From Girardia tigrina (lineage: Eukaryota), in contig MQRK01244289.1 of the NCBI GenBank assembly GCA_001938485.1, positions 28,531 to 89,123 on the forward strand: a stretch of 60,593 bases of DNA, in the 5' to 3' direction. The stretch's first letter is position 1; each line of letters starts with the position of its first letter. A program made the position numbers and the translations under genes. Positions 11,774 through 26,850 of this stretch are shown piece after piece. The notes beneath the pieces are model-generated. The model did no database searches. It saw only the letters and a list, made by a program, of their open reading frames with translations, and was not told the origin of the DNA.

Positions 11774-13710
11774 AAGAGAGAAATTTATTGTGAAAAAAAT
11801 TTATTGAAATACTTTTTGACAGTCATTTGATTTGAATTATATATTTTTGAGTAACAATTTAAATTTTTTTGAGTTACAATTTGATTTTCGAGTCACTAAA
11901 TAAAACAAAAAGATGAAAAAATATTCAGACTTATCTTTTGAAATCCTTAAAGTTTTAATCGAACTGAAAGAATTATCATCTTTTCTAAAATCAATTCGTC
12001 ATTACAATCAATGGGCCCAGCACACCGACATTGAGAATCAACAACTGCACAATGAATCACCTCCGTCCGATTCTCGGGTGAGCTGAGGTTCGGGTGGAAC
12101 ATTTATTATAATGGATATTTACTTATGACTGTAGATTTATTGCAGTTTTGTACTAACGACTGCAATTAACGTACGGAATATATACTCAAACTTTAAATTT
12201 ATTCTTATTTACAAAACATATTTTCAAGAATATTTCGAATATATCAATATTTAGAAATATTTATCAACTCTATTTTGGCACTTTAAAAACTGTTATTAAC
12301 TTAATCGAAGAACATTAACATAACGACTATATCAATTATTTTTATCAAATAATATATTTTCATATATGTAAAACGACGAAACTTTATTCAGTCAATAAAC
12401 ATTTTTAATTTAATAAAATTAAATGAAAAATAAGGATTTAATAATCGATTGTTTAAATCAATAGTTTGTATTAAAAATATACTTTTTCAAATAACCAGTC
12501 TCGTTTTCTTATGTATTTAACATTCTTCAATACTTAAATAATACAGGAAGATTACAATAAACATTAGGTTCATTGGTGAGCACATATGTTATAGTAAGGC
12601 TTTTAAGACAGATCTTTTGAATTACTTTTTTATAATTATTCATATCATTTAATGAATCGCGTAACAAGTAATCAAAAATATTTTAATAATGCTAATTAAA
12701 ATCAGTAAAAAGAACTTTTATTTGAAACCAATAATTAATGTGATTTCTTCATAAAAAAACTCATTAATGACTTAATTTGTTGTCGCATACACAAATGTAC
12801 ATTACTAGATGGGTATACAACCCTTTCAAATACCCTTTAAAGTCTATGTTTCATACCTTTCTTATTTTAGAATTCTATAATTTTTAGAAATAGCTTGTTT
12901 TCAGAAATAAAATTTAAAACTATGTGTAAAAAAAGTATAGAGTGACTTCAAAATTGGGCATTTTGTTTTTTAATTAACTTTCCATAATTCTTAGTTAAAA
13001 AAGTATTTATCTTTAATTAAAAACAAAGGTCTATAATTATAAAAAAATAATAAGAATAAATGTTTCATAATTCAGTGATTTTTTTAAAAATATAATTTTA
13101 AACGTTTCATAAAAAAACATTTTAAATTTACAACTTCAATAACATTTCAATGAAAGCCAAAATTATGATTATTATTAATATTAATACATTATTATCATAG
13201 CTATCATATAACTTGTTCTCTTGTGATAGCTTCGCCTGGAAATCGTCAGACATAAAATCTTTGCTAAATAGAAGTAAAGACTTTATATAAAATATTTAAA
13301 AGTTCCTTCACGTTATTAAACTGAAAATTTTTAAAGCCATGATTGAAGTAATATTTTGATAAAGAAGTTTTAAGCTAAGCATTTTAATTAATTATTTTTT
13401 TTAAATTATTAAATACCATAAAAATATACAATCAATTTTAATTACAACCAAAAATGTTTTCACGATTTTCTAAAAGACTTTCACCTTTTTTAAATCGATA
13501 AATAAATAAATCTTCAACATTCGGTTATTTAAACAAATTATTTAAAATAATTTATTTACAAAATTAATTTTATTGAAAGTCATGAAGTATATTAAAATTT
13601 ATTACCTTTTAATCCCAAAAACTTTTAAACCGAATTTCGAAATTTATATTTAACTACTTTTAAAACTAAGTTAGCTGCTTTAAAATTCAAATTTAATAAA
13701 TAACTGTTTG

Positions 13711-13793
13711 GTATTAACCATCTTTGTAAGAAGAGACATCACTCTAAAACAACATACAAAACGCAAATCAACACACGAAATTATTCCTCTCAA
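13711..13793 (-). repeat. Dispersed two-box element, copy 3 (diverged)
   Basis: Minus strand: tgagaggaataattt...ttgtatgttgttttagagtgatgtctcttcttacaaagatgg. Confidence 0.55.
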
Positions 13794-14255
13794 AATGTTC
13801 CATTAGTGGAGGATAAAAACTAAACATAAAATATGAAAATGTCATAAGATTAAAGGTTTAATATTTAAATTCACAAAAAAATCAGTGTCATTTTCATTAC
13901 CTTTTCCTTCGTCTAATACAAGTACAAGGGAAATATAACCATCATTTTTTTCTTCGTCAAATTTTTTTAATATTATTTTTTTTAATTTTTATAAACTTGA
14001 TGTAAAATTCACCGAGTTTCCTAATACATCTTCATTTCAAAACAAAAAATAGTTTATTTACATATATAATTGAATTATGCAAAAATTTTCTTCTTTTTAT
14101 CATAATAGGCAAAAACAAATAATACGCATTTGCTTTCTTTTTGAACTGTCTATTGCATCTGATAATAATTGAATTATTAATGGAATCAAAATAAATTAAT
14201 GCAAATTAATTTCTTGAAAAATATAATAATAAAAAATATGTTATATCGAACTTAC

Positions 14256-14365
14256 TTGTTGAATAAAACTATGTCCGGCTGCCAAACCCTGCTCGGATTG
14301 ATTCTGGCTGTATCAACATTACCGAAGTCTGATGGTTCCCATCTTAGTTGATAATCGGTCCATTT
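14256..14365 (-). CDS. Nicotinic acetylcholine receptor subunit, 110-bp exon (loop A)
   Basis: attag|KWTDYQLRWEPSDFGNVDTARINPSRVWQPDIVLFN+aa|gtaagt. Contains the WxPDIVL motif; the 110-nt length and phase match the conserved nAChR exon. Confidence 0.95.
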
Positions 14366-15517
14366 CTAATTATTAAGTAAAATAATAAATGTGATAAATT
14401 TAATTAATAAAAAATCAATTTGATGAAAAACAGTAAAAATGATTTTCAATTTTTTATAAAAAAATCTGAACTGCATAAATTAAATAAAAGGATTTTATGA
14501 TCAATAAAAGTAAAAAAAAGTACTTCTAAAATTAGCCGAAATTTTTTTTTGTATTAATTAGTTTTTATAAACAATTGTAGAATCGATGCGTTTCCCAATA
14601 AATATATATTTCATAATTAAAACAAATGCACAAAAATGCGAGATTTATTATTGAAATAATCGGAACAATATTTAATTATTTTTAAATAAGTTAATATATA
14701 TTTGAATTATAGTAAATTTTAATAATAATTTATTAATAATAATATTCTTCTTAACAGTATTCTTTTAAAAAATATGTTCAGAAACTTTTTTTATCTCTTA
14801 GTGGTTGACTAAACCTTTGTGGCTCAAATCAGAATTAGGAAATCCGGAAACAATAGTTATGAAGAGGATACAAACGAAAGAAAAATACTAAGGATATTGA
14901 GTATTTTTTGTTAAAAATTTTATTAGGTTTATATTAAAAAAATAATTTTGTTCTGACTACCAAGTTTTAAAAATTTACTTTCAACTGATACTGGCTAATC
15001 CTTACTGGATATAAAATTTTCTTATTTTATATTTATCCATTTATTTTATTTATATATTTTTGAGTGTTACATTTTAATATTTAAATAATTATTGATAATT
15101 TTTTTAAATTAAAAATCATTTAAATCATTAAAAAATCAAAATTGGTAATAAAACATTGCCTCAATCGCTAAAATATTAATCTAAAATAGGCAATAATATT
15201 TTACTTTAATAAAGCAGAATTTCTTGTTACCATATTTTTAAAAAAAAATTATTAAAATATTTATTAATAATATCAAAAATAATATCAATCTCTCACATCT
15301 TGAATTATGAACAAAAATAATAAAAAGTTTTATATGCAAAAAATATTGTTGATAGACAAACGGTAAAGATTAATGAATATTTTTCATCATGTTTCTATAT
15401 ACTCGTCAATCTGTAGTCATTTAATCACGGATCACACATAATCGCGTCACCAATAATCGCAAATTATTTTGAAATAATTCAATAAAAATAAAAATTGAAT
15501 AAAAATTTTATTAATTT

Positions 15518-16880
15518 TCAGGAGTACGATAAATGAGCAATTGATAAGAGATATATGAGAACATTCGATTGTCCATATTTTGAGACAGCAGTTGATACAC
15601 TTTTATTTAGCAAACGATATCTTCGGATTGATATTTGGATAACACCCGTAACTCCCTGGGCCTTTTGTTTATGCATATCTTTTTTTATTCCATCCAAAAA
15701 GTTCCACAGAGTAGGATGGTGGCATGAGAATAACGATTGAATAGAATAATGCCACCCCTCGACAGAGTTTGTGGTCCTTGCGATTCCGGATATTCCCGCT
15801 GAAAATTGGTTCCAAAGTTTTTTTTCGAAAAAGTGGGAGTGCGAAATTCGTTCCATTACCTCGAATTCTTCTACCACGAATATAAGTATGCTCAAAAAAT
15901 GTAATGACAAGTCTTTCTATTTCCGATGAATGAGATTCTGCCAATGTATCAAATGATTCTTCAATATCATTCAATGGAACGAAATCAAGAGCAGATAGAG
16001 ATCTAATAAATGCTTTGAGTTGATTATTTCTTTCGTATCGATTTTTCAACCCTAATTCATTTACTCTTCTTAAAACACTTTGACAGAGATGAAAATAACA
16101 GCTGGTTACGAGTGCATCTGGAAATTCATTTTCGAAAACATTGATCGCAGCTCGTTCAAAATCCACCAGAATTTTTTGTGAAGAAGAAGATGGAATCAAT
16201 TTTCGAATAATCGTTGATAGGTTTCCCCAGTTTTGTTTGGCAATACACTCCTACTGGATTTATTCCAGCATTAAAATGAAAATGAATCGTATTGAGCTGA
16301 AAGAAAATCGTCGGTACTACTTTAAACGTTCCATCAGCAATCCAGAGGGTTTATCTAGATAAGGCATCCATAAGCGTTTGGCAACCAATTATGATGACTC
16401 TATCTATACCAGGACCAGAATCAAAAATAATATGTTCCTCAAACTGTTTTTGGGATAATGAAAGAACGATCAATTGGAATTGATTGTGTCTGTTCTGAAT
16501 TTGTTTCCCCATTCAGCCGTTGTTTTTCCCGGTGAAGTGTTTGAGACAGTAATCTACATTTGGGTAATCCCATCAACACTGTATCATCCCAAAATACCAT
16601 TACATTCGTAATTACTGTAGATGGAGTCACGGTTGCATTGTTCATGAAATTCTTCATTTCTCCCACTGCTCGACGGGCAAGAGTATTAACGATATTTCCC
16701 TCGTGTAAATGATCTGCCTGAGTTTCTCTGATCAAATTATTCTCATTTGTTATTAAACGAGTTTTGCATCTGAGCGTTTGGTAATGTTTACATCGTCGTG
16801 AGGTTGTCCCGTTTTGATTATTTCTTTCTTTTGTATATTCGAAATCACGATATATTAGTTTGGCTTCCCTATTGTACTAA
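15518..16880 (-). pseudogene. Mutator/MULE transposase pseudogene with FLYWCH-like N-terminus
   Basis: ILVDFERAAINVF...SCYFHLCQSVLRRV, ARTTNSVEGWH...HPTLWNFL, and N-terminal RC...CKTRL...HLH; frameshifted. Confidence 0.88.
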
Positions 16881-19800
16881 TACCAAAAGTAATACCCATA
16901 ATTTTTTTATGAATTAATAATAATAATAATAATAATTAATAATTTAAATAATTTTATAATAATAATAAAAATTAAGTAATAATTTTGTGATTTGTTTATA
17001 TTTATTATTTTTGTAAAATTTATTATGGAAAAAAAGATTTTGTAAAATATTTCTAATTAAAGTTATTTTAGTGAAATAAAATATATTTCAAAAAGTGGAA
17101 ACAAAAATTGAAAGAGAGTAGTGAAAACGTTTATTTTAGGTTTAAGCGGAAGAAATAAGGAGAAAAAGAAAAATAATAAAGTAAACAGTAAACGTGGTAA
17201 TATAAAACACTTTTTATACATGGGATTTTTACATCACACATCATTTACATCAATAATAATTTATGACAAAATATTTTAAATATATAAAAGAATATTTATT
17301 TCCTGAAATAATTCACAAATATTTGTTTCACTCATTTATCTGCTTTAATTTTCTAAAATACATTTTAAAAATAAACTTTCATACAGTCAATTGAAATTAT
17401 TTTTTAATTTATTTGAAATCGAATCTTCTTGATGAGAAGAGAGTAATAATTGTCTCCATTTTCTTCCCATTCTCTCCGATAAAACATCAAATAAACCTCA
17501 AAAAACCATTTGTATCCTTCAATGTGTTTGCATTAATGACAATGATTGCAAATTGAAAAAAAAATTGAGTTTACGCAAACTTGTGACAAACTTAAAATAA
17601 AATAAAATAAAATTCATTTTCGAAAAATATTTATTTTACTCAGCATTCGGTAATAGATGCCAAATTGGAAAAAAAGAATCTTAGGAATAAAAAAATAATT
17701 TGTGCCCCAAATAAATTTTATTCGACAAATTATTTTTAATTATATTTTTTTTCAAAATAATTAAAAAAATTTCCTTTGATATTAAAATGCGCCATAAAAA
17801 ATAAAAAGAACAAAAATAATTTATTATTCTTAAAATGATATATATAATTAACAATGAAAATCAGAATAAAATTTTGAAGAAAATTATTTATAAAAAAAAT
17901 AATAATGATATTATTTATTAAAAAAATTATTTATATTGTATGTATGTTTATTAGGCTTTATTGTATCAAGACCCATCTTAGAAATTTAGATATCACAAAT
18001 GCTTTTGGGGAGTAACGATAATAATTTTCATTATTTGTGTAACACAGGTTTCCAATTATACGGAACAAGAATGAAGATATGATATGAACTTTCTTTCTGT
18101 CTAAAATGGTCCAAAATCACACTAACTTGAATTCACACTTATTAAATCTTTTTTGATTTCGATCTTATTTTTTGGGTTTAGTTCATAATTTTTCAAGGAA
18201 GTTTAAAAGATTCTTAGTGGTAAATTCTTTGATGTTAGACTTAATTAAATTTGTTTGATAAAATATGTTGATTAGATAATTATTTTTAAAAATATTTGTT
18301 CAGTACAGTTCCAGGTTGTCCATGAGACCAACCGGTGGTAGCAGAGATGCGGCGGATTTAAAGCTCGGTCATTTCTTAGTTAGGCCAATGTTATGATATT
18401 GTTCAGATGGATCATCATTTGGCTCAATTCATTCGTTTATTCATAATCCGATAAAAATTTCAAATCGTTTTTTTAATATTTTTATGAATCACAAGAATAT
18501 TTAATTCGTTAAAAAAATATCGAATTCAAAGAAAATATAAGATCAAATTCAATTCTCTAAATATTTCTTTAATCACACAAAATTTAACTCGATTTACAAA
18601 ATAAAAATTACATGAAACAAAATTTTGTTCGACAAAAATTATTATTCAAATTTGATGAAATAATTGTTTTAATTTTTGATTTTTTACTTTTTTAATTTCA
18701 TTAAATCTTTTATATATTTATGCATACATAGCGGAAAAATTAGCAATGAACGATCAACGTTGGTGTCATTCATAAGACATATTCGAGATGCGATTATCTT
18801 TGGGCAAATGTGAGAAGAATTTTGATATAAAAATAATAATGATAAGAAGAAAGATATAAATAAAATAAAATTCCAATACCGAACAATGTTTATAAGCATT
18901 CATTGGAAAAGTTTGGACTATTTCAGAAGATAGCTAAACATAAACATAGGCAATAGTATGCATTATCGGTAGTGTTAAAGAAAAGTTATCAATAATACTC
19001 ACTATTTAACATACATATAAATATAAGTTATATAAAAGATTACACATGGATTTTCTTTAATTAGAAAAGATTTGTTTCTGATATCAAGTCAAATATTTTT
19101 GCAATAGATAGTTCAAATAAAGCTCTCACACCAATTGAAAATTGGGTGAACAATATTTTTATTTTGTGTTGACTTATCAAAATACGCTAATAATCAAATC
19201 TCTTTTATCATAAAGTATTCCCTCTTGGCAACGACAACCTTGACTTCATCATCGTATGAGTTATCTCCATTGAAGATATAAATTGGGCTGTGTTATCGTG
19301 TGACTCGGATAATCTGCAAAAAATCGCTCAATTCCCATATTCATTTATCGATGAGGAAATAATTTTTTAACGAAAAACAATTCAAAATGGTAAAATCGAA
19401 TATATCGACTAAAAACCTAGTGGATCAAATAAGATTGATGCTTGTCTAGTGAGAGGACGCGAGAGGCGCCGGAGACGCCGGGCGATAAATAAATATATTA
19501 TAATTACCTTCTTGGTTGAAAAGAATAATAAATATATATTATTGATTAATATATATTTTGATTCAATTTGTAAGTTTTCAATTCTTTCAAGTAAATAAAT
19601 ATATATTTCTTTATTTACATATATAATTTTATCAAAGAGCAGTGATTCAACTAAGTCTGCATTAATATTAATATTATTTTAAAAATATAAAAATAGTCAA
19701 TAAATAATGTTTAATTTTATTGAAATATTTTCCATTAAAAGTTTTACTTATTGATATAAAATACCCTAAACAATATCTTACAATAAAATTTATATTATTT

Positions 19801-22800
19801 TTATATTCAGTAATAAATCAATATTTAATTTCTGTTTTCAAAAGGTGAAAGATAAATTTCAGAATTAATGACGTGAAATAGAATATTTTAAAAATATAAT
19901 ATAATATTAATTTGAAGAGCTTCAATTTTATGGAAAACCAAATTCAGTGAAAATACAAATGTTAATTTTTTCGACATAGATTGTTTATAATTAAAATCTA
20001 TAAAATACCATTTATAAAATGATAATTAATTAAATTAAATTGTAATAAATAAATAAATTAATATTGTTGAAAAATTATTTAGTTAAAACTTTTTTAAAGA
20101 AATCGATTATTGAACTTATTTCGAAGATTCATATTCTATCATCAGAATTCGGAATTTGTGAAATATTTGAATAATGATTTGATTTATTGTTTTTGTATTT
20201 AATGTTATGATTTTTGATTTTTCGTTTTTTACACATTTTTTAATTCAAGATCTTAAGGCCTCTTGATTTTTTTAAATGCTAATCCCAATCGAAGGAATCA
20301 TCAGATAATGGTGATAATATAAATGAAATGTCAACAGTTAAAGTAAAAAGCGAATCACTAAATAAATGAAATATTACTCGAAATTAAAATTTCCAGTTAC
20401 ATATGTGAATGATGCTGCAAAAGCTTTATGTAACATCTTTCGGTATATTCTTTCAAACAATGCGAGGAAGAAGTCAACCTTCGGTGACATTTCAAAACTA
20501 AGCACAACAACTGCATGGAAAGATCTCTTAAAGTCTTTCAATTTAAATTAAAAGAATTAAACAAGACCAAATAATTAATCCAAAAACATACATTAAACCT
20601 TAACAAAGAAAGAAAGAGACTACTCTTATGAGGTTTCTTTGTTAATAGCCCATACAAAACTTTCTAACGCATACGCTTTTTTCGTCTACTGTAAAAAAAG
20701 GTTTTAATGGAACTAATAAATCAAAAAAAACTTTTTTATATCCATTCTTTATGCAGACAGAACTTTACTTTGCCTCAAACATTTTAATTAAAAAAATATT
20801 TTCAAAAACAAACATTATAAAAATTTAAAAATTCTGTTCGCCAAGTGAGTTCCACCGCATAATGCATGGATATAAAAAAAAATTTGATTTACTAGTCAGA
20901 CTTTAAATTGGTTCGCTGGACTTTATTTATTTTTCAGTTTATTTTTTGCGTAATATAAACTACTTATAATTTATGAGTAGAAATTTTTCTATTAATATTG
21001 TTCAGGAAATCCGATGGGTTCGTTTTTTCCAAATTCTGAGACTTTAAAAAGTTTTTCTTGATCAAATTTTAACATAATTTATTTTCATCGAAAATGAGTA
21101 AAAGTATCTTGAAAAGACAATTTGATTCTTGGAAATAGGTTATATGAGGAGTTTGTTAATTTCTACCGCTGGCAAATTTTATTTATTTGGAAATGATTAA
21201 AGTTTGGGAACATATTTTGAAAAATTTTTATAAAATATTTTAAATTAAAATATTAGAGCAAATTTTGTAATATAAAATTGCAATAAATTAAATTTTTAAG
21301 TAAATTTTTTATAAAAAGAGATTAGATTGGAATCAAATTTAGCATTTATTTTAATTTATAAGTTTGTTATAAAATAATTTTTTAATTTTAAAGTAAATCG
21401 ATAATAAAAATAATATTAAAAATAAAAGAAATTTTAAATTTGTGTTTTTTTAAATTTGATCAAACTTTAAAAATTAAAATAAATGTCGGCAAGTCGATTA
21501 TTAAAAAATCTAAAAATTTGTTTGTAGTAAAAAAATTAATAATTTTTACTAATAAAAATGTATTTCACTTTAAAAATCGAAAAGGATATTAAGGCAACTA
21601 AGAAAAGTAATATTAAAATATTTGTTGTGTAGTTAATTTTTATCGTTTATTTGGTAAAATTTCAATTGAAAAAATCAAGAAGACTTCATATTTTGTAAAA
21701 GGTTTTGAAATAGTGAAGTTCTTTTGAATTTATGCCAGACATTAAAATTGACTGATTAAAATGTATAGGAAATAAAACGCATGGGACAAAGGTCATGGCT
21801 AAAATTTTTTAAGAATTGATCCTTATTATTTAATCAAGAAATATAATATATTTATATATTTTATATTTAATTGATTTAGCATAGTGAAAAATGAAAAAAC
21901 ATCTTTTAATTAAACTTTACTATTTCAAAATTCACAACTTGTTTTTGTTATCAGAACATCTCCAGGTGGATCGTCTATTGACAGAACACATTTTTAAAAA
22001 TTACAAAAATAAAACCAAAAAGGAGTATGTATTAAACACACAATATTTATCGAAATTCTGATAAAAAATCTTAATGTTAATTTCAATAATTTTTATAAAC
22101 TTTTTTTAAAATTTATTTATTTATTTATATATTAATAATTAAATTTATTAAAGTTGCATTTTTTGAAAAATTTATTAAAATTTATTAATAAAATTTATTA
22201 AAAAAATATTGAAATAAAAAAATATATTTATTTTTAAAATATTTTCTTAAACCAAATTCTCAATAAAATATCGAACTGAATAATAACAATAAATATCACA
22301 GATAATAAAAATTTTCCAAAATAAACCATGAGAATTTTTTACTCATATTTCTTTAGTAATTAATATTTCTTGCGGCATTTCTTTTGTGTTTTGTGAATTA
22401 TTGTAATTTTCAAGATGCAATAATTACCGACGAAATTATATTCTGTGTTGATGAAGAATGAGAAAGAATGAAACCGAATTTTAGAGAGAGAGTAAAATAA
22501 ACTCGATAATTTTCTTTAACTTGTCATTTATACGTATATAGAAAGAACAGCAACTTATATTTTCTTTGGTTATACTGAGATGCGTCTGTTACTTGTATTC
22601 GATTGATGGAGTTCTTCAATACTATAGAATATATCAAAAATATAAATATTGATAAATGTTTAAATGTAAAAAATGTGACTATACGCAACATATGTTACAT
22701 TATAATACAATTAATGCAAAAAAGAACAAATCGGTTATATAGAAAGTTCTTCAAGAATACATAATTTTATTCAAATTATGAATGGTTTGTTTTTAAATAA

Positions 22801-22844
22801 TTTTTCATGCATTTGCTTTCTATAGTATATAATTTCAAAGACTA

Positions 22845-24138
22845 TAGGGTGACGCAAAATAAACTCCAAGGTACTTTTCTATTGGATCTTTTCATCCACC
22901 TACTTTTTTATAGGTAAAGTATACATTTTTAGAATCTTGAGCGTCGCCAAATTCTGATGGTATATAAAAAGAAATAAAAAAAATCAAAAAAACATCAAAA
23001 ATTAAAAAAAAATTTTGAGAAGAAAAATTTAACAAGCGTTTTTTTAAATGAACTTAGAAAGTTTAACACCTAAAATTTGATTCAAATGACGTATACGTAT
23101 CAGCAAAAAGTTCATCTCGTAATGATGCTTGTTGAGGAAGCCTATGATTATGCGCAGCTCAAAACTCGATTCGAAGTGAAACAAGAAATGGTCGTGCAAA
23201 GATTCCGGAAAAAAGAGTCGGTGTAAAATGGATTGACGATTTTCGAGCGACTGGAAGTGTCCATGGAAAGCGTGGAAAGAACAAACCAAAACGTGTTCGC
23301 ACCAAAGAAGCCATTGAAGACATCCGTGAAGCCTTTACTGCAAATGCTCATCTATCAACTCGACGCAATCCATTTGTTTCAACTGGCGACACTGACAGCG
23401 AAGAAGACGATCACGGAACAGTTCGTATGTCACAAAGAATCTTGCAGCGAATTTTGAAAGAAGACTTACAGATGCGTCCCTATCATTTGCAAATGGCTCA
23501 TGACTTGAAGGAGACCGACTATGCCGCTCGAATTGAGTTTGCTCGAACCGAATTGGATCGATTGGATGAAGATGCAAACAGACTCAACAATCTTCTTTTT
23601 ACGGATGAAGCTCACTTTCATTTGGACGGAAGCGTCAATCGTCAAGACTGGATCATGTGGGCCGATGAAAATCCTTATTGGTTTGATGTTCGTCGACTTC
23701 ATCCTCAAAAATTGACAGTTTGGATGGGAATTGGTGTCGAAGGTGTTGTTGGCTTATACTTTTGGGAGCGACAAGGAAATGAGCGCGGAATCAATGGTTG
23801 TTAGATGACTGAATTGTATCAAGAGCACGTTATTCTAGAGCTTCAAACTTGGCCGAATTTCAATTCTCTCATTGAGCAGCATGACGGCGCTCCGCCACAC
23901 ATTCTTGGAGATTTTCTTGAATTTTTGGGTCAACAGTTTCCAAATCGATGGATAGGTCGCAGAACACGGACGCATCCTGCTCCAGTTACATGGACACTTC
24001 ACTGGCCAGATCTTACAGCATGTGACTATTGGTTGTGGGGCTACATGAATGGTCGAATTTATCATCACGAACAACGTCCAAGCACACTCGAAGAGTTGAG
24101 AGCAGCGAATGAAGGAGTTGCCAATGAAATCCGTGGAG
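22845..24138 (+). mobile_element. rosa/DD41D-like Tc1/mariner element, 3'-truncated
   Basis: Terminus ta|tagggtgacgcaaaat. Motifs FRATGSV, FTDEAHFHLDGSVN, QHDGAPPH and WPDLTACDYWLWGY. No right TIR seen. Confidence 0.82.
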
Positions 24139-24327
24139 ACCAGGATGGGCTTTGGTTTAAATATCGCTCCGACCATTATGACTGAAATTGTCAAGTGGAT
24201 TTTAAATTCTGATCCTAGACCTCGTGAAAACACCGACTCGTACATCGATGACATTTACGTTGACGAATCTACAATCACAGTTGACGAAATTAGAATGCTG
24301 TTCGAGAAATTTAGTCTTGAATGCAAA
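24139..24327 (+). pseudogene. Reverse transcriptase core fragment (LTR-retrotransposon type)
   Basis: TRMGFGLNIAPTIM...SYIDDIYV...FSLECK, containing the FGL-x-x-AP and YxDD motifs. Confidence 0.75.
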
Positions 24328-24589
24328 AATTTGTTTTTTTTATTTCAAAAAGTTTTAAAAATGTATTAAAGGTAAAAGAAGAACTTGATCTCTTCATCAT
24401 TGAGTTAATGTATAGAGAATTCTTGAATATATGTGAATGATGAAAATGAGAAACAAATTTTTTATTGATAGATAAAAAACATTTTTTTTAATTTTTTAAT
24501 AGTATAATTACTTTTTCTAATACGATAAATAATGATCATATATACAAAAATGTTTAAACTTTATGGTCAGAAATAATTCAAGAACCAAC

Positions 24590-24634
24590 CAGTCTCAGCC
24601 AAACGTTGCTTTTCATTATTTGAGATTTTTCTTC
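24590..24634 (-). CDS. Nicotinic acetylcholine receptor subunit, 45-bp exon (loop D)
   Basis: tttcag|EEKSQIMKSNVWLRL|gttggt. Phase 0/0, 45 nt, and in frame with both neighbouring exons. Confidence 0.93.
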
Positions 24635-25754
24635 CTGAAAAACAAATGGTAATAAATATTATTATTTAACAATAAAATATATCTTCTTGCTAAATTAAAA
24701 TAAAAATTTCTACTTTTAAAAATTATTTTAATATGTGACATTAAGAACATGGAAATCTTTCTTTGTATCCAAACAGATCAGACTTTTTAGACATTTTTTA
24801 TAATTTTCCTTGACAAAAACGTCTAAAAAGTTTAATAAATGTATTTAATATGACAAAAAGTAATGATGAAAAATTTCTATTTAAAAGGCAAACAATCAAT
24901 AAAAAAGTGTAAATTATATATTTTTGTATATTATTGAGTCTTGTGAACGCTAATTTGATATTTTTGAAAAATAATTTAATCAAAGATTTTTTTTTAAAAA
25001 TTGATTATTGAACATGTTTTGAAGTTTCATAATTTATCATAAGCAATTATAATTTAATACACATTTTAAAAATATTCAAATGTTAGTTTTCATGGAATAT
25101 GTACAAAATTTTATTTATTATTTATAATATTTTAAGATAGTATTGGATAATAATGGTAAAATATGTTTATAATTTAATAAAAGATTTTCAGAATTAAAGC
25201 TGTCTTACTTTGTCTATTTTGAATATTAATTAATGGGTTGTAGTGTCTCATCAATAGATTCACATAACTGTTACTTATAATGTGAATCAAAACCCTTCTA
25301 TCAAATAGAAAACGGAAGATATTCTATTTTTGCAATGCAAACGATGAAGAAGAAGCTTACTTAATCGACTCGATTATGAAGGCTCTTTAATTCGTGTTTT
25401 TCTGTCTTCAAATAAAAGAGTATAAATTTATAAACCAGATTTGTTTGCAATCATCTCATTGTTGTCGATTTATTTGAGAGGAAGCTTTAAACTGTTGATG
25501 CACTAAATCTCCTCTTTTTTTGCCAAAACTATTGTTAAATAATTTTAATCGTTCAGGGTATGATATTTTAATAATTTTTTTACGCTCTTCAGGGTTTTAT
25601 TTCTTTTAATATTTTCTTAGTCCGTATTTTTGTGTGCGCACGACAATTAAGTCTCGAAAATTATGTCTCGGAAAATTAAGCCTAAGAAATTAAAATTTTT
25701 ATCGTTATTTTAAGTATCAGACAATTAAGTCTCAGTGTTATTTTTTAAAACTTA

Positions 25755-25849
25755 TTGTGAAGAATGTTTTGAATTGTGTATTGATATTGTGCATGTTGTA
25801 TATTGATTCGGATTGTGCCTCTCCTGCACGGATGGATGATTGATATTTT
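25755..25849 (+). repeat. Dispersed two-box element, copy 4
   Basis: ttgtgaagaatgtttt...ggattgtgcctctcctgcacggatggatgattgatatttt. Confidence 0.85.
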
Positions 25850-26644
25850 CTTTGATTCTTACTAATTAAAAATAATTTAATTTAATTTTAAAGTAAAAAG
25901 ATTTAAAATAATTTTTGAATGNNNNNNNNNNNNNNNNNNNNNNNNNNNNNNNNNNNNNNNNNNNNNNNNNNNNNNNNNNNNNNNNNNNNNNNNNNNNNNN
26001 NNNNNNTTATTGAAAATAATTAGTTTGAACTCAGAAAAAATTGATCAAGAGAGATGTCAAATAGTGAATGCGCTTGTAATATTAATAAATGTTGTAAACC
26101 TCATATTGATGTTGTTAATACTTATATTTTTAATACAACTTAAACTTTGTAAAATAAACTTAAAAAAAAGAAAAATCTAATAAATTTCAAAAAATTAAAA
26201 AATTAAATTAAAATTTAGAAAGGAATTAAAAATTTAAGTAAATTTTAGCTTAAGCAGTGGTTCACAATACAATTCTGTTCATAAATATTAGTTATAGGTT
26301 TACATGTTCCGTAACTGATTAATGAGTCTAATGGCAAGTATGAAATAAGCGATGAGAAAATACAAGTGTTTTCTCATGACTGGTTGCGTGGTAGAACAGT
26401 GACTCCATATGGGTAGCAGTGAGAGTGTAGTCATCACATATATCTCACTATGGAACCTCCCGAACCCGCACATCCCGATTTCGATGAAATTTGGTACATA
26501 TATAGAACTCGTCTTGCTGAATAAGATACGTTTTGAACCACCTGCTCTTAAGGCCTACAACTTGAGATATTCGACTCTTTTAGGTTTCAAAATTTTTTTT
26601 GAATTTTATGTCAAAAGATAAAAAACAAAGGGTGAATTTATTAT

Positions 26645-26850
26645 TTATTCATCAAAGTCATCACAAGAATGATAATCAATGCAAAAATGATTAAAACAAA
26701 GTGATGATTTGCACCAGGAACAAATAAGAAAAGGTATCTCTCCGCATGACAACTGCGAATATGTTAGAGGCACATTATTGAAACAAAAATCTGTAGGATT
26801 TACAAACTGTTCATAGTCATCAATGTAACCACATTGCTTCGCGTAGCGGG
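26645..26850 (-). pseudogene. Cys/His-rich C-terminal remnant of a DDE transposase (Tc4/Tc5-like)
   Basis: GY...FVNPTDFCF...C...FLICSWCKSSLCFNHF...HSC resembles, from memory, the C-terminus of Tc4/Tc5-type transposases; the N-terminal part is absent. Confidence 0.45.

Noticed and set aside
12010-12100. GC-rich island tested as the next nAChR exon
   Set aside because: No ADG or Cys-loop sequence appears in any minus-strand frame.
19447-19485. GC hairpin with CTAG on the minus strand, a possible Helitron end
   Set aside because: The hairpin-to-CTAG spacing and the flanking base do not fit well, and no 5' end was found.
25640-25735. Repeated aatta(a/t)gtctc words
   Set aside because: Probably a transposon terminus, but the partner end is not visible and an N gap lies nearby.
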